A stretch of 64,000 bases of DNA from Dendrobates tinctorius (Eukaryota): contig NW_027361751.1 of NCBI RefSeq assembly GCF_039654945.1, forward strand, positions 7,502,001 to 7,566,000. Direction: 5' to 3'. How positions within the stretch are numbered: position 1 is the stretch's first letter; the number at the start of each line of letters is the position of its first letter. The position numbers were made by a program, and so were the translations under genes. Below are positions 50,901-63,515 of this stretch, in pieces. Below the pieces are notes generated by a model that worked only from the letters and a program-made list of their open reading frames with translations, was not told where the DNA came from and ran no database searches.

Positions 50901-53146
50901 TAAGTCCCACAGGCCTCTATGGGGTTCTCGCCATCTGAGCTCTTATACAGACAGCACCCTTGAAGTCTTCTGGACATTGCAAAGGAGACATGGGAAGCGG
51001 AGGTAACACCCCACCAAAGCGTTATCAAACATGTGGCTCAGATGCAGAACAGGATCGCGATTGTGATGCCGATTGTGAGGGAGAGCCTCCTCCAAGCACA
51101 AGAGGCCCCGGCAAAGGTCTACAATCAGTCAATAAGACTGAGACAGTGTAGCTCTGGAGACTGGGTGTTGGTGTTGATCCCCACTGTTGAAAGTAAGTTC
51201 CTGGTTAAGGGGCAAGGGCCACATGAGGTGGTCGAAAATTTAAGTGACGTCAACTACAAGGTCCACCAACCAAGGAGAAGAAAACCATACCAGGTGTACC
51301 ACATTAGCCTGCTGAAACCGTGGCAAGACAGGGATCTGGTAGAAGCAATGTGTTAAGGTGCCCATCCTGAAGCCAGGTTCGAGGATATCACAGTGGCAGA
51401 GACACTGTCGCTGCTCCAGAAACAACAGTGCCACGAGCTGCTTCAGCGGATCCAAGACCTGTTTTCGGCACTACCATGTTGTACGCAGGTTGTGGAACAC
51501 AAAGTTCTGACTGAACCGCATGTGAGGGTGAACCAAAGGCCGTATAGGATTTCTGCAGCCCACCACAAGGTGATCTCAAAGGAGAAGAAGAGAATGTTGA
51601 GCCTGGATGTCATCAAGGAGTCAAAGAGCAGCTGGTCCAGCCCTATTGTCCTTGTGCCGAAGCCGGATGCAGAGTGGCGCTTCTGTAACGATTACAGGAA
51701 ACTCAATGAGATGTCCAAGTTCGACACATATGCAATTCTCCAGGTCGATGAGCTTTTTGAGAGGCTACAGTCAGCCAGATATATCAACACCCTGGACCTA
51801 AAGAAAGGGTACTGGCAAATTCTCCTGTCTCCATGTGCCAAGGTGAAGACAGCCTTGTCTATACCTGGCGAGTGCTTTCAGTATACTCGGATGCCGTTCA
51901 GACTACAAGGAGCCCCAGCTACCTTCCAAAGGGCTATGGACTGGATCCTAGCCCCTCACAAGAAGTACACTACCGCTTACTTGGACAACATTGTGATGTT
52001 CAGCCCGGATTGGGGAAGAAACCCGTAGAAGGTCCAGGCGGTATTGAATGCACTGAGGAAGGCAGGATTTAGCGTAAACCCAAAGGATTGCGCTCTCAGA
52101 AAAAGAAGAGGCAAAGTACTTGGGCTACATCATTGGAAGGGGTCGAGATGAAGTCACAAATAGACAAGGTGGAGGCAATCCAAAAGTGGCCTCAGCCAAT
52201 CTCCAAAAAGCAGGTTAGAGCATTTCTGGGAATTGTGGGATACTATCGGCGATTTAACCTAAATTTTGCCGTGATAGCTACCCCCCTGATGGATCTTCTC
52301 AAGGACTCAAAATCGTCAATGGTCAAATGGTTTTCTGAAGCTGAGATGGCATTCCAGGAGTTGAAGCTTGTCCTGTGCAGGCAGACAGCCGATCTTGGTC
52401 GCACCGTTAAGGGGTTTGTGCTCCAGACGGATGCCTCCGAGGTGGGTGTGGGAGCTTTGTTGTCCCAAGAAATAGATGGGGATGAACATCTGCTCCTATA
52501 CCTGTGGAGAAAGAGTGTTTGGCCATCAAGTGGGCAATCGACACCCTGAGATACTAGTTCAGGCTAGTGTCAGATCATGCGCCCCTGAGATGGCTGAAGG
52601 AAAAGAAGGGGAAGAACGCCCGGGTAACTTGGTGGTTTCTGGTGCTCCAGGACTTTACTTTTGATGTGGAGCACAGGCCAGGGAAGTTGCATGGGAATGC
52701 AGATGCCCTGTACAGAGTCCCCTGCTTAACGAGTGAAGGTGCCAAATCCTCCAGCTCTGGGCAGATGGGGGGAATATGTGACAAAGTTACTGGTAAAGTG
52801 CTGGAGGAGAGATATGTTTCATTATGTCTAATGGCGTCAGTCATATAAAACTCAGAGTTTTTCCTCCAGCACACTAAGTGTTGTGATGGGTTAAGCTATT
52901 TGCTTAATGTGCTTGCTTTTATGTGGACATCCATAGAGCAGGTAGGAGGATGTCCACCTTATCTTCACCCCAGGGTGGGGTCTGGGACTTAAGTAGATGG
53001 CCTTCAAAGGCAGCAGTGTTCAGTTTCTGGAGAGAAACCCTCCAGTGAAGTAGTGTGTGTCTTCTGCTAGCAGTTAGTGGGAGGAATTCCGCTCTCAGAA
53101 GGACTGTGCTTTCTCCTACCGTTTAGTTATCCTATTTTGCCCAGAG

Positions 53147-55335
53147 ATATCCAAAAGAAAATGAAAGAATAAAGCGTATCACAAAAAGAGTAAATGCAAT
53201 AAATTTTATAAATGCCCATATAGCATAAACAAAAGGAGAAGAGACATACAGGTGTGAACACCACCCAGTTATAATGCACAAATCAGAAAGAGCTGCATGA
53301 AAATGACATATATAAAAGTAGAAAAAATGCACAAATGCAAAATGAAGCACATCAGCAGTAATGTAACATAAGCGCATTTGCGCCACAGAGCTCCTAAGAA
53401 AACCCTTAAAAAAAGGGGAGAAAATAAATGGACTTAATTAGGTGTATCCCAAAAGGCATATGCCTAAAAGTATACACGTCCAAAATAAAGACAGTGGTCC
53501 GTTTAGACTAAAAAAGGAGCAATTACCACAGTGATGTGCTACAAAGGGCAAACAAATAAAGTGCTATATGCATACCTAAGTGCAATGTGCCTAATACATC
53601 CAGTATTCACAGAAATATCACAAATCAGCAGAAAGTATATGTACATGGCCATTAGTCCTTTTTATCTTCTATTTCCTGGGCTCCCCTGATAGTCAGGTGA
53701 AGTGGTCTACTATGTCAGACATTTAAACAGTATCGAAGAAACTCCATCCATGATGAAGAAAACGCATAATTCTTTTATACAATTTGTTCCATTTTTTGTA
53801 TACAGTATTCATATTATGCTGGTTTCTTCTCCTCTTTGGGGGTTTGGTTGGGTGGGTACCTATGATTCCTGAGGGATACCATATATGTATTGTCCCTAAA
53901 CATAAATTCGGGGTACAGTTGTATCCAGTTTTATTGTTGTATTAATTGTATTATCTCCCCCCCCCCCCTTTCTTTTGAGGGGTTTGATTAGTTGGGTATT
54001 TGACGATCCCTAGGGAGATGGAATAGGGATACATATATATCCGGTCTAACTGACGAGGATAACTGACGTTATTTATTTCAACAATATTATGTATCTGACT
54101 GTTATGCCCTTTAGGTATCATCAATCTTCTATATATATCTGGTAAAGGTGTTGTATATTTAGTGACATATTGTGGATTCATTGTATCTATTATTGTATGA
54201 TCACTTCCTGCGGGGAGCGCTTCTGTGTGTTCAGCCACTTGCTGGATGCCATGGACACGCGTCCCTCCAGCACCGCAGGTCCTGCCTCCCAGCTGACGCG
54301 TCGCTGTCTGGCCGGCTCCTGTGATGTGGGACGCTGACTCCATGGCTTCCGGTTTTCGGTACCAGCGACGGAAGCGCCACCATACCGCAGTACGATCAGG
54401 CTTCCACATGGACTATTTAATGGCCACATCTCTCCTACTTTCACACAACCCCCCCGAGGAAGCTGACGCGAAACGCGCGTCGGGGTTTGTTCCTTCACCC
54501 TCAGGTATGCACATGGCACTTTGCCTATAGCTTATTATTCTGAATATGGGCTGTTATGCAGGCGGGCAACGTGCAATCATTTGTGCTCATACTTAATGCG
54601 CTAGTGTGTGGGTTATCATGGATAAAGGCTCTTGCGCAAATATTTTATATGATTTTTATCACCGCTAACATTTGGACTATATTAGAGTGGGCTTTGGTGC
54701 AAATAAGTGGTGCATTAAAACACACACGCCAGCAAAGATATTCATACATCCGTGTATTCACTCTGTGTACCCCATGTACATATACTTTCTGCTGATTTGT
54801 GATATTTCTGTGAATACTGGATGTATTAGGCACATTGCACTTAGGTATGCATATAGCACTTTATTTGATTGCCCTTTGTAGCACATCACTGTGGTAATTG
54901 CTCCTTTTTTAGTATAAACGGATCACTGTCTTTATTTTGGACATGTATACTTTTAGGCATATGCCTTTTGGGATACACCTAATTAAAGGTGTTACCCTGT
55001 CCATTTATTTTCTCCCCTTTTTTTAAGGGTTTTCTTAGGAGCTCTGTGGCGCACATGCGCTGATGTTACATTACTGCTGATGTTCTTCATTTTGCATATG
55101 TGCATTTTTTCTACTTTTATATATGTCATTTTCATGCAGCCCTTTCTGATTTGTGCATTATAACTGGGTGGTGTTCACACCTGTATGTCTCTTCTCCTTT
55201 TGTTTATGCTATATGGGCATTTATAAAATTTATTGCATTTACTCTTTTTGTGATACGCTTTATTCTTCCATTTTCTTTTGGATATTTATGGTATTAGGAA
55301 GGGCGGTAAATATAGTGACCTCTTTAGGACTTATG
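53147..55335 (+). mobile_element. Penelope-like element: pseudo-LTR with a 5' inverted partial copy
   Basis: 12-bp TSD TTTTGCCCAGAG (53135-53146, 55336-55347); ~500-bp inverted arms 53147-53648 / 54772-55285; ETS-like and TATA-like motifs, a hammerhead motif and a splice donor CAGGTATG. Confidence 0.75.
54445..54490 (+). ncRNA. Minimal hammerhead ribozyme variant of the Penelope pLTR
   Basis: acaaccccc-CCGAGGA-a-gc tgac gc-GAAAC-gcgc-GTC-ggggtttgt; U4->C; palindromic stem III; predicted cut after C54481. Confidence 0.6.
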
Positions 55336-55724
55336 TTTTGCCCAGAGGGCTGTATTTGTTTTACTACACCTTGGTTTATGCTGTCCATAATAAACCAAAG
55401 AAAATTCTTAAAGCCGCAGTGTTCCCGTTTCTACCTCTGTGTACAGCTGTGTGAGCCGAACTACCACAATATGCTGAGAGTGATTGCCGTTTTCTTTTAC
55501 CCTTTTCTGTTTCCCTTTGTATCTGTATTATAGAGCAGGACTAGCGTTCCTTTTTTCAATAACTCACTAATCCAGGACTTGTATCAAAAACCTACATACA
55601 GTATCTCCACTTTTTTTGCAGACACATGGAGATGCAAACTTTTCCCTAGACTATAATGATTATAATATGTAATCTATCTCTGTAAACCTTGATAGAATGT
55701 GTACTTGAATAATTGCATGACTAT

Positions 55725-55798
55725 TAATAATAATAATAATCTTTATTTTTATATAGCGCTAACATATTCCGCAGCGCTTTACAGTTTGCACACATATT
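55725..55798 (-). mobile_element. L2 3'-tail fragment
   Basis: Minus strand reads TGTAAAGCGCTGCGGAATATGTTAGCGCTATATAAAAATAAAG(ATT)n. Confidence 0.8.
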
Positions 55799-56121
55799 AA
55801 TAGCATTTGAAAACCACTCTGATTTGCATTGAAGCCACATCACAATATGTGCTCTTATCATAACCATCTTTTCATTTTAACAGCATCACTTTGCCCATTA
55901 AATAAGGTCAGCTTCTGCATCATCTGCTATCACCAATCTGGTTAATCTCTGATCTGGGGCTGAGACAAGGATGGATGGATTTCCTATTAGACACAAGGGT
56001 CCCATGCTACAGATGCCCAGTTGGAAAGGACATCTGCTCCTTAGGATCAAGTTGTACTGGCAGCAGACTTGCTACACTTAGCTATAAATCATAATGCACC
56101 TATTGACTTTGACTTACAATA

Positions 56122-56998
56122 TGTTAGGAACGGCGGAACGCACTAAATAAAAATAAATAATAAAGTGCGTTCGCCGCTCGGGGTCCACCATGTAGTAGAT
56201 GTTACACCACTGCTAGGTAATGACAGACAAGCAATATGGCGGTATAATGCGCACGGGTTAGACTTCACCCGAAGTGCGCAAAGCGGGCTCTGTTCACACA
56301 CAGAGGCGCCGAAACATAAACATACAAAAACACTGAGCCTGTTAGTACCACAGGCCTCAGGTAAATGCAGAGACGGTATCAGGTCACAGGAGCAGGACCT
56401 AAGACAGAGGAGCTGCGTCCGTCTACACCTACCGTGTGTGCGGCGTTGCTACTGCGAGCGCCAAGAAGGGCTGCAACAGCAGCACGGAGTAGGACACTGC
56501 CGCAGGACAACATAGCTACAAAGCAGGCGCAATGTCGGACGCCAGCGCAGAGGTGCGGTGTGCACCATGGCCTAAGGCTTGCCACTGACTGGCGCTAACT
56601 GCTGAACTAATTTCCTATCCACATGCGTAATATCAGAGGGAAGGGGGTTTCTTAATAAGTCAGTCACCAGAATCATACATCAGTCTCCATTCACACATAG
56701 CAAGTATAGTCTATACTAGCGCATGGTCAAACGGTCATGCACGCTTTTTATAGCCGTGCGGGACCTTCCAGATCTCCGAGATGGACCAATGAGATCTGGA
56801 GCAGGACCTGGGCACATGACTCCCGATCTCCAATGGGAGATCGTCTCGTGAGCATGCCCAGTAGGAGCACAGAGGAACTTAGTCTCTTGAGCGGTCTGCT
56901 GCAAAGTAATCTTCTCTGCAGTAGATAGACAGCAGGAGACCGCAGACTATGAGGCTCTGGATTCCTGCAGAGCAGATGCAGAAACCTGATGCCTAACA
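56122..56998. mobile_element. Solo LTR (877 bp)
   Basis: TGTTAGG...CCTAACA termini; perfect 5-bp TSD CAATA. Confidence 0.88.
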
Positions 56999-57844
56999 CA
57001 ATATTATAAATTAATTTCAGATGAATGTACATAAATGAACTTGTATGTAAAGTAACTGGAAATAAATTGTAAAATATATTTTATGATACTCATCGAATTA
57101 TTATAATCAGATGTTACTTTTACATAAACTGCAGTTATATCTTTTTCTTTTTTTCTTCCCTGTCTGCACGGTCTCCTTAGAGGCATAGGTAATCTATATC
57201 TACCATTCTCTCAGGACTGGATTCCCTGTCAATGGTGTTATATTTCTTATTAGTTGGACTTCCAATTTCTCTGCAGTTATTTTCTTCCACCTCATTCCCT
57301 ATACTCATCTTATTACTTTGTGGAGTATCACAGAAGGGGATTTTCGTTACTCTACTGCTTTCCAGAAACTAAATTTTTCATCTTTTACAACATAGTACAT
57401 TTAGACATATATAAATGTGTTGGATTTATTCAATAAAAAATGTAAATGTTGTGAATTCTAAAATAAAAATATTATATTTCACTTTATTTGAGGTCAGCAG
57501 GTTTTTCTGTTATTAGTGATTCGCGTACTTGCAGAATAGACTCAATCGGCTTTTCTCAATAGAAGAGAATAGAGAGAAGTCGGATGAGACTAGTCATCAC
57601 ATAGCATATCCAAGAATCGTGAAAGCGTGTATAGGATGTGGTATATTCTGCGATTTACTATAGTATCAAAAAGTAATTACCGGTATATACCCAGCAAGAA
57701 AAAAGTCAAATATAAGCTTATATGTACTGTCTGGCCATTACTGTACATACTTATATGTTGTTTTCCAAATATAAACACTTGGCAAATGCGGGATCATAAT
57801 ATGGCTAGCATGGTGGGCTTATACTATACGACATGCGGCATTAA

Positions 57845-57894
57845 AGGGAACCTATCAGGCCTGATAATGCTATTAACCTCAGATATAGGGTTAA
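57845..57894. mobile_element. Start of a Kolobok/T2-type MITE, interrupted by the hAT
   Basis: TTAA-AGGGAACCTATCA terminus immediately before the hAT TIR. Confidence 0.5.
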
Positions 57895-58054
57895 TAGAGT
57901 TGAGCGAAACGGGTCAAAAAAATTCAAAAGTCGCCGACTTTTGGCAAAGTCGGGTTTCATGAAACGAAACCCGACCCTAGGATGAGGTCGGCCACGAGGT
58001 CGGCGACTTACGCGCCAAAGTCGCGTTTCAAAAGTTTGTTTTGCGCTCTTTTTC

Positions 58055-58210
58055 AGCCAATCAGGATCCACGGACACTGTGGGCAACGTGATGACATAGG
58101 AACGGGTCACCACCATCTTTCAGAAGGGCATGCAAGTATTGGCTTGCTTTGGTGGGCGTCACAGGGGGTATAAAAGGGCGTGCACGCCGACCGCCATCTT
58201 ACTTCTGCCG
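58055..58210 (+). promoter_or_regulatory. Putative transposase promoter: CCAAT boxes, TATAAAAG (58169), YY1-like CCGCCATCTT
   Basis: The motifs are conserved in the same order in the diverged copy at ~48390-48540 (minus strand). Confidence 0.55.
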
Positions 58211-58462
58211 ATCTTAGTATAGGGAGAGGTTGCTGCTGATTCTGTAGGGAGAGCGTTAGGCAGGGGAGAAGACAAAAAAACTGCTTCTGCTGCTAGCGAT
58301 TTGGCCTACACAACACACAAGTCACTGTGTGTGCAGTGCAAGGGGAGGCTATATTGTGGTGTATCAGTGGTGTTGGTTGTTGGGCTGCCTTTTAAGGCTT
58401 CCTGACACGCTGGCATTGCTGTTTACCCACTGCTCCGCAAACTGCTTTTTTAAAAGCAATCC

Positions 58463-61400
58463 AATCTCCCTTATCCTCTCGTCACTTTGGTCACAGGCAG
58501 CTGTGCCATCGAGCGTGTCACATAGCGCTCAGATATCAGTGGGCCGCACACAATCCACAAGTGTCCAGTGTCCAAAAGTGTACGCAGAGATTCAAAATCT
58601 CCATTATCCTCTCGTCACTTTGGTCACAGGCAGCTGTGCCATCGAGCGTGTCACATAGCGCTCAGATATCAGTGGGCCGCACACAATCCACAAGTGTCCA
58701 GTGTCCAAAAGTGTACGCAGAGATTCAAAATCTCCATTATCCTCTCGTCACTTTGGTCACAGGCAGCTGTGCCATCGAGCGTGTCACATAGCGCTCAGAT
58801 ATCAGTGGGCCGCACACAATCCACAAGTGTCCAGTGTCCAAAAGTGTACGCAGAGATTCAAAATCTCCATTATCCTCTCGTCACTTTGGTCACAGGCAGC
58901 TGTGCCATCGAGCGTGTCACATAGCGCTCAGATATCAGTGGGCCGCACACAATCCACAAGTGTCCAGTGTCCAAAAGTGTACGCAGAGATTCAAAATCTC
59001 CATTATCCTCTCGTCACTTTGGTCACAGGCAGCTGTGCCATCGAGCGTGTCACATAGCGCTCAGATATCAGTGGGCCGCACACAATCCACAAGTGTCCAC
59101 TGTCCACAAGTGTACGCAGAGATTCAAAATCTCCATTATCCTCTCGTCACTTTGGTCACAGGCAGCTGTGCCATCGAGCGTGTCACATAGCGCTCAGATA
59201 TCAGTGGGCCGCACACAATCCACAAGTGTCCACTGTCCACAAGTGTACGCAGAGATTCAAAATCTCCATTATCCTCTCGTCACTTTGGTCACAGGCAGCT
59301 GTGCCATCGAGCGTGTCACATAGCGCTCAGATATCAGTGGGCCGCACACAATCCACAAGTGTCCAGTGTCCAAAAGTGTACGCAGAGATTCAAAATCTCC
59401 ATTATCCTCTCGTCACTTTGGTCACAGGCAGCTGTGCCATCGAGCGTGTCACATAGCGCTCAGATATCAGTGGGCCGCACACAATCCACAAGTGTCCACT
59501 GTCCACAAGTGTACGCAGAGATTCAAAATCTCCATTATCCTCTCGTCACTTTGGTCACAGGCAGCTGTGCCATCGAGCGTGTCACATAGCGCTCAGATAT
59601 CAGTGGGCCGCACACAATCCACAAGTGTCCAGTGTCCAAAAGTGTACGCAGAGATTCAAAATCTCCATTATCCTCTCGTCACTTTGGTCACAGGCAGCTG
59701 TGCCATCGAGCGTGTCACATAGCGCTCAGATATCAGTGGGCCGCACACAATCCACAAGTGTCCACTGTCCACAAGTGTACGCAGAGATTCAAAATCTCCA
59801 TTATCCTCTCGTCACTTTGGTCACAGGCAGCTGTGCCATCGAGCGTGTCACATAGCGCTCAGATATCAGTGGGCCGCACACAATCCACAAGTGTCCAGTG
59901 TCCAAAAGTGTACGCAGAGATTCAAAATCTCCATTATCCTCTCGTCACTTTGGTCACAGGCAGCTGTGCCATCGAGCGTGTCACATAGCGCTCAGATATC
60001 AGTGGGCCGCACACAATCCACAAGTGTCCACTGTCCACAATTGTACGCAGAGATTCAAAATCTCCATTATCCTCTCGTCACTTTGGTCACAGGCAGCTGT
60101 GCCATCGAGCGTGTCACATAGCGCTCAGATATCAGTGGGCCGCACACAATCCACAAGTGTCCACTGTCCACAAGTGTACGCAGAGATTCAAAATCTCCAT
60201 TATCCTCTCGTCACTTTGGTCACAGGCAGCTGTGCCATCAAGCGTGTCACATAGCGCTCAGATATCAGTGGGCCGCACACAATCCACAAGTGTCCAGTGT
60301 CCAAAAGTGTACGCAGAGATTCAAAATCTCCATTATCCTCTCGTCACTTTGGTCACAGGCAGCTGTGCCATCGAGCGTGTCACATAGCGCTCAGATATCA
60401 GTGGGCCGCACACAATCCACAAGTGTCCAGTGTCCAAAAGTGTACGCAGAGATTCAAAATCTCCATTATCCTCTCGTCACTTTGGTCACAGGCAGCTGTG
60501 CCATCGAGCGTGTCACATAGCGCTCAGATATCAGTGGGCCGCACACAATCCACAAGTGTCCACTGTCCACAAGTGTACGCAGAGATTCAAAATCTCCATT
60601 ATCCTCTCGTCACTTTGGTCACAGGCAGCTGTGCCATCGAGCGTGTCACATAGCGCTCAGATATCAGTGGGCCTCACACAATCCACAAGTGTCCACTGTC
60701 CACAAGTGTACGCAGAGATTCAAAATCTCCATTATCCTCTCGTCACTTTGGTCACAGGCAGCTGTGCCATCAAGCGTGTCACATAGCGCTCAGATATCAG
60801 TGGGCCGCACACAATCCACAAGTGTCCACTGTCCACAAGTGTACGCAGAGATTCAAAATCTCCATTATCCTCTCGTCACTTTGGTCACAGGCAGCTGTGC
60901 CATCGAGCGTGTCACATAGCGCTCAGATATCAGTGGGCCGCACACAATCCACAAGTGTCCAGTGTCCACAAGTGTACGCAGAGATTCAAAATCTCCATTA
61001 TCCTCTCGTCACTTTGGTCACAGGCAGCTGTGCCATCGAGCGTGTCACATAGCGCTCAGATATCAGTGGGCCGCACACAATCCACAAGTGTCCACTGTCC
61101 ACAAGTGTACGCAGAGATTCAAAATCTCCATTATCCTCTCGTCACTTTGGTCACAGGCAGCTGTGCCATCGAGCGTGTCACATAGCGCTCAGATATCAGT
61201 GGGCCGCACACAATCCACAAGTGTCCAGTGTCCAAAAGTGTACGCAGAGATTCAAAATCTCCATTATCCTCTCGTCACTTTGGTCACAGGCAGCTGTGCC
61301 ATCGAGCGTGTCACATAGCGCTCAGATATCAGTGGGCCGCACACAATCCACAAGTGTCCACTGTCCACAAGTGTACGCAGAGATTCAAAATCTCCATTAT

Positions 61401-63515
61401 CCTCTCGTCACTTTGGTCACAGGCAGCTGTGCCATCGAGCGTGTCACATAGCGCTCAGATATCAGTGGGCCGCACACAATCCACAAGTGTCCAGTGTCCA
61501 AAAGTGTACGCAGAGATTCAAAATCTCCATTATCCTCTCGTCACTTTGGTCACAGGCAGCTGTGCCATCGAGCGTGTCACATAGCGCTCAGATATCAGTG
61601 GGCCGCACACAATCCACAAGTGTCCACTGTCCACAATTGTACGCAGAGATTCAAAATCTCCATTATCCTCTCGTCACTTTGGTCACAGGCAGCTGTGCCA
61701 TCGAGCGTGTCACATAGCGCTCAGATATCAGTGGGCCGCACACAATCCACAAGTGTCCACTGTCCACAAGTGTACGCAGAGATTCAAAATCTCCATTATC
61801 CTCTCGTCACTTTGGTCACAGGCAGCTGTGCCATCAAGCGTGTCACATAGCGCTCAGATATCAGTGGGCCGCACACAATCCACAAGTGTCCAGTGTCCAA
61901 AAGTGTACGCAGAGATTCAAAATCTCCATTATCCTCTCGTCACTTTGGTCACAGGCAGCTGTGCCATCGAGCGTGTCACATAGCGCTCAGATATCAGTGG
62001 GCCGCACACAATCCACAAGTGTCCAGTGTCCAAAAGTGTACGCAGAGATTCAAAATCTCCATTATCCTCTCGTCACTTTGGTCACAGGCAGCTGTGCCAT
62101 CGAGCGTGTCACATAGCGCTCAGATATCAGTGGGCCGCACACAATCCACAAGTGTCCACTGTCCACAAGTGTACGCAGAGATTCAAAATCTCCATTATCC
62201 TCTCGTCACTTTGGTCACAGGCAGCTGTGCCATCGAGCGTGTCACATAGCGCTCAGATATCAGTGGGCCTCACACAATCCACAAGTGTCCACTGTCCACA
62301 AGTGTACGCAGAGATTCAAAATCTCCATTATCCTCTCGTCACTTTGGTCACAGGCAGCTGTGCCATCAAGCGTGTCACATAGCGCTCAGATATCAGTGGG
62401 CCGCACACAATCCACAAGTGTCCACTGTCCACAAGTGTACGCAGAGATTCAAAATCTCCATTATCCTCTCGTCACTTTGGTCACAGGCAGCTGTGCCATC
62501 GAGCGTGTCACATAGCGCTCAGATATCAGTGGGCCGCACACAATCCACAAGTGTCCAGTGTCCACAAGTGCACGCAGAGATTCAAAATCTCCATTATCCT
62601 CTCGTCACTTTGGTCACAGGCAGCTGTGCCATCGAGCCTGTCACATAGCGCTCAGATATCAGTGGGCCGCACACAATCCACAAGTGTCCACTGTCCACAA
62701 GTGTACGCAGAGATTCAAAATCTCCATTATCCTCTCGTCACTTTGGTCACAGGCAGCTGAGCCATCGAGCGTGTCACATAGCGCTCAGATATCAGTGGGC
62801 CGCACACAATCCACAAGTGTCCAGTGTCCAAAAGTGTACGCAGAGATTCAAAATCTCCATTATCCTCTCGTCACTTTGGTCACAGGCAGCTGTGCCATCG
62901 AGCGTGTCACATAGCGCTCAGATATCAGTGGGCCGCACACAATCCACAAGTGTCCACTGTCCACAAGTGTACGCAGAGATTCAAAATCTCCATTATCCTC
63001 TCGTCACTTTGGTCACAGGCAGCTGTGCCATCGAGCGTGTCACATAGCGCTCAGATATCAGTGGGCCGCACACAATCCACAAGTGTCCAGTGTCCAAAAG
63101 TGTACGCAGAGATTCAAAATCTCCATTATCCTCTCGTCACTTTGGTCACAGGCAGCTGTGCCATCGAGCGTGTCACATAGCGCTCAGATATCAGTGGGCC
63201 GCACACAATCCACAAGTGTCCACTGTCCACAAGTGTACGCAGAGATTCAAAATCTCCATTATCCTCTCGTCACTTTGGTCACAGGCAGCTGTGCCATCGA
63301 GCGTGTCACATAGCGCTCAGATATCAGTGGGCCGCACACAATCCACAAGTGTCCACTGTCCACAAGTGTACGCAGAGATTCAAAATCTCCATTATCCTCT
63401 CGTCACTTTGGTCACAGGCAGCTGTGCCATCGAGCGTGTCACATAGCGCTCAGATATCAGTGGGCCGCACACAATCCACAAGTGTCCACTGTCCACAAGT
63501 GTGTGCAGAAATTCT
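58463..63515. repeat. 133-bp tandem array (~38 units) with higher-order structure
   Basis: Exact 133-bp period and near-identical units; diagnostic SNPs recur at 1596 bp. Confidence 0.97.

Larger units (their letters stand above)
36643..52760 (+). pseudogene. Gmr1 gag-pol remnants (36643-36662, 38147-38567, 49155-52760): SCAN-like capsid, zinc knuckle, PR, IN, RT, RNase H
   Basis: LALYLTGEPHRAYYDL; SCAN-like QMFDLLHLVQK..VVMDRFVHSLP..W; CWRCCGLGHIDTRC; LLVSGS; GHLG..C..C, MDLIGP, HPQTDGLVVRF, GPHEV; WSSPIVLVPK, LDLKKGYWQ, MPF..GAPATFQ, YLDN; QTDASEVG, DHAPL, NADAL. Many stops and frameshifts. Confidence 0.9.
33795..55468 (+). mobile_element. Gmr1-clade Gypsy LTR retrotransposon, fragmented by four insertions (~5.1 kb when reconstructed)
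   Basis: Two homologous LTRs ending GAGCCGA.CTACCACA (36533, 55468); PBS-like sequence after the 5' LTR; PPT before 52777; gag-PR-IN-RT-RH order. Confidence 0.9.
52777..55468 (+). repeat. Gmr1 3' LTR (split by a Penelope-like element)
   Basis: Follows the PPT GGGCAGATGGGGGGAA; TGTGA...CCACA termini; 52777-53146 plus 55348-55468 align with the 5' LTR. Confidence 0.85.

Noticed and set aside
58463-63515. Regular array as a CRISPR locus or as a family of 76/118-aa genes
   Set aside because: There are no unique spacers: whole 133-bp units repeat. The context is eukaryotic and the ORFs are by-products of the repeat period.
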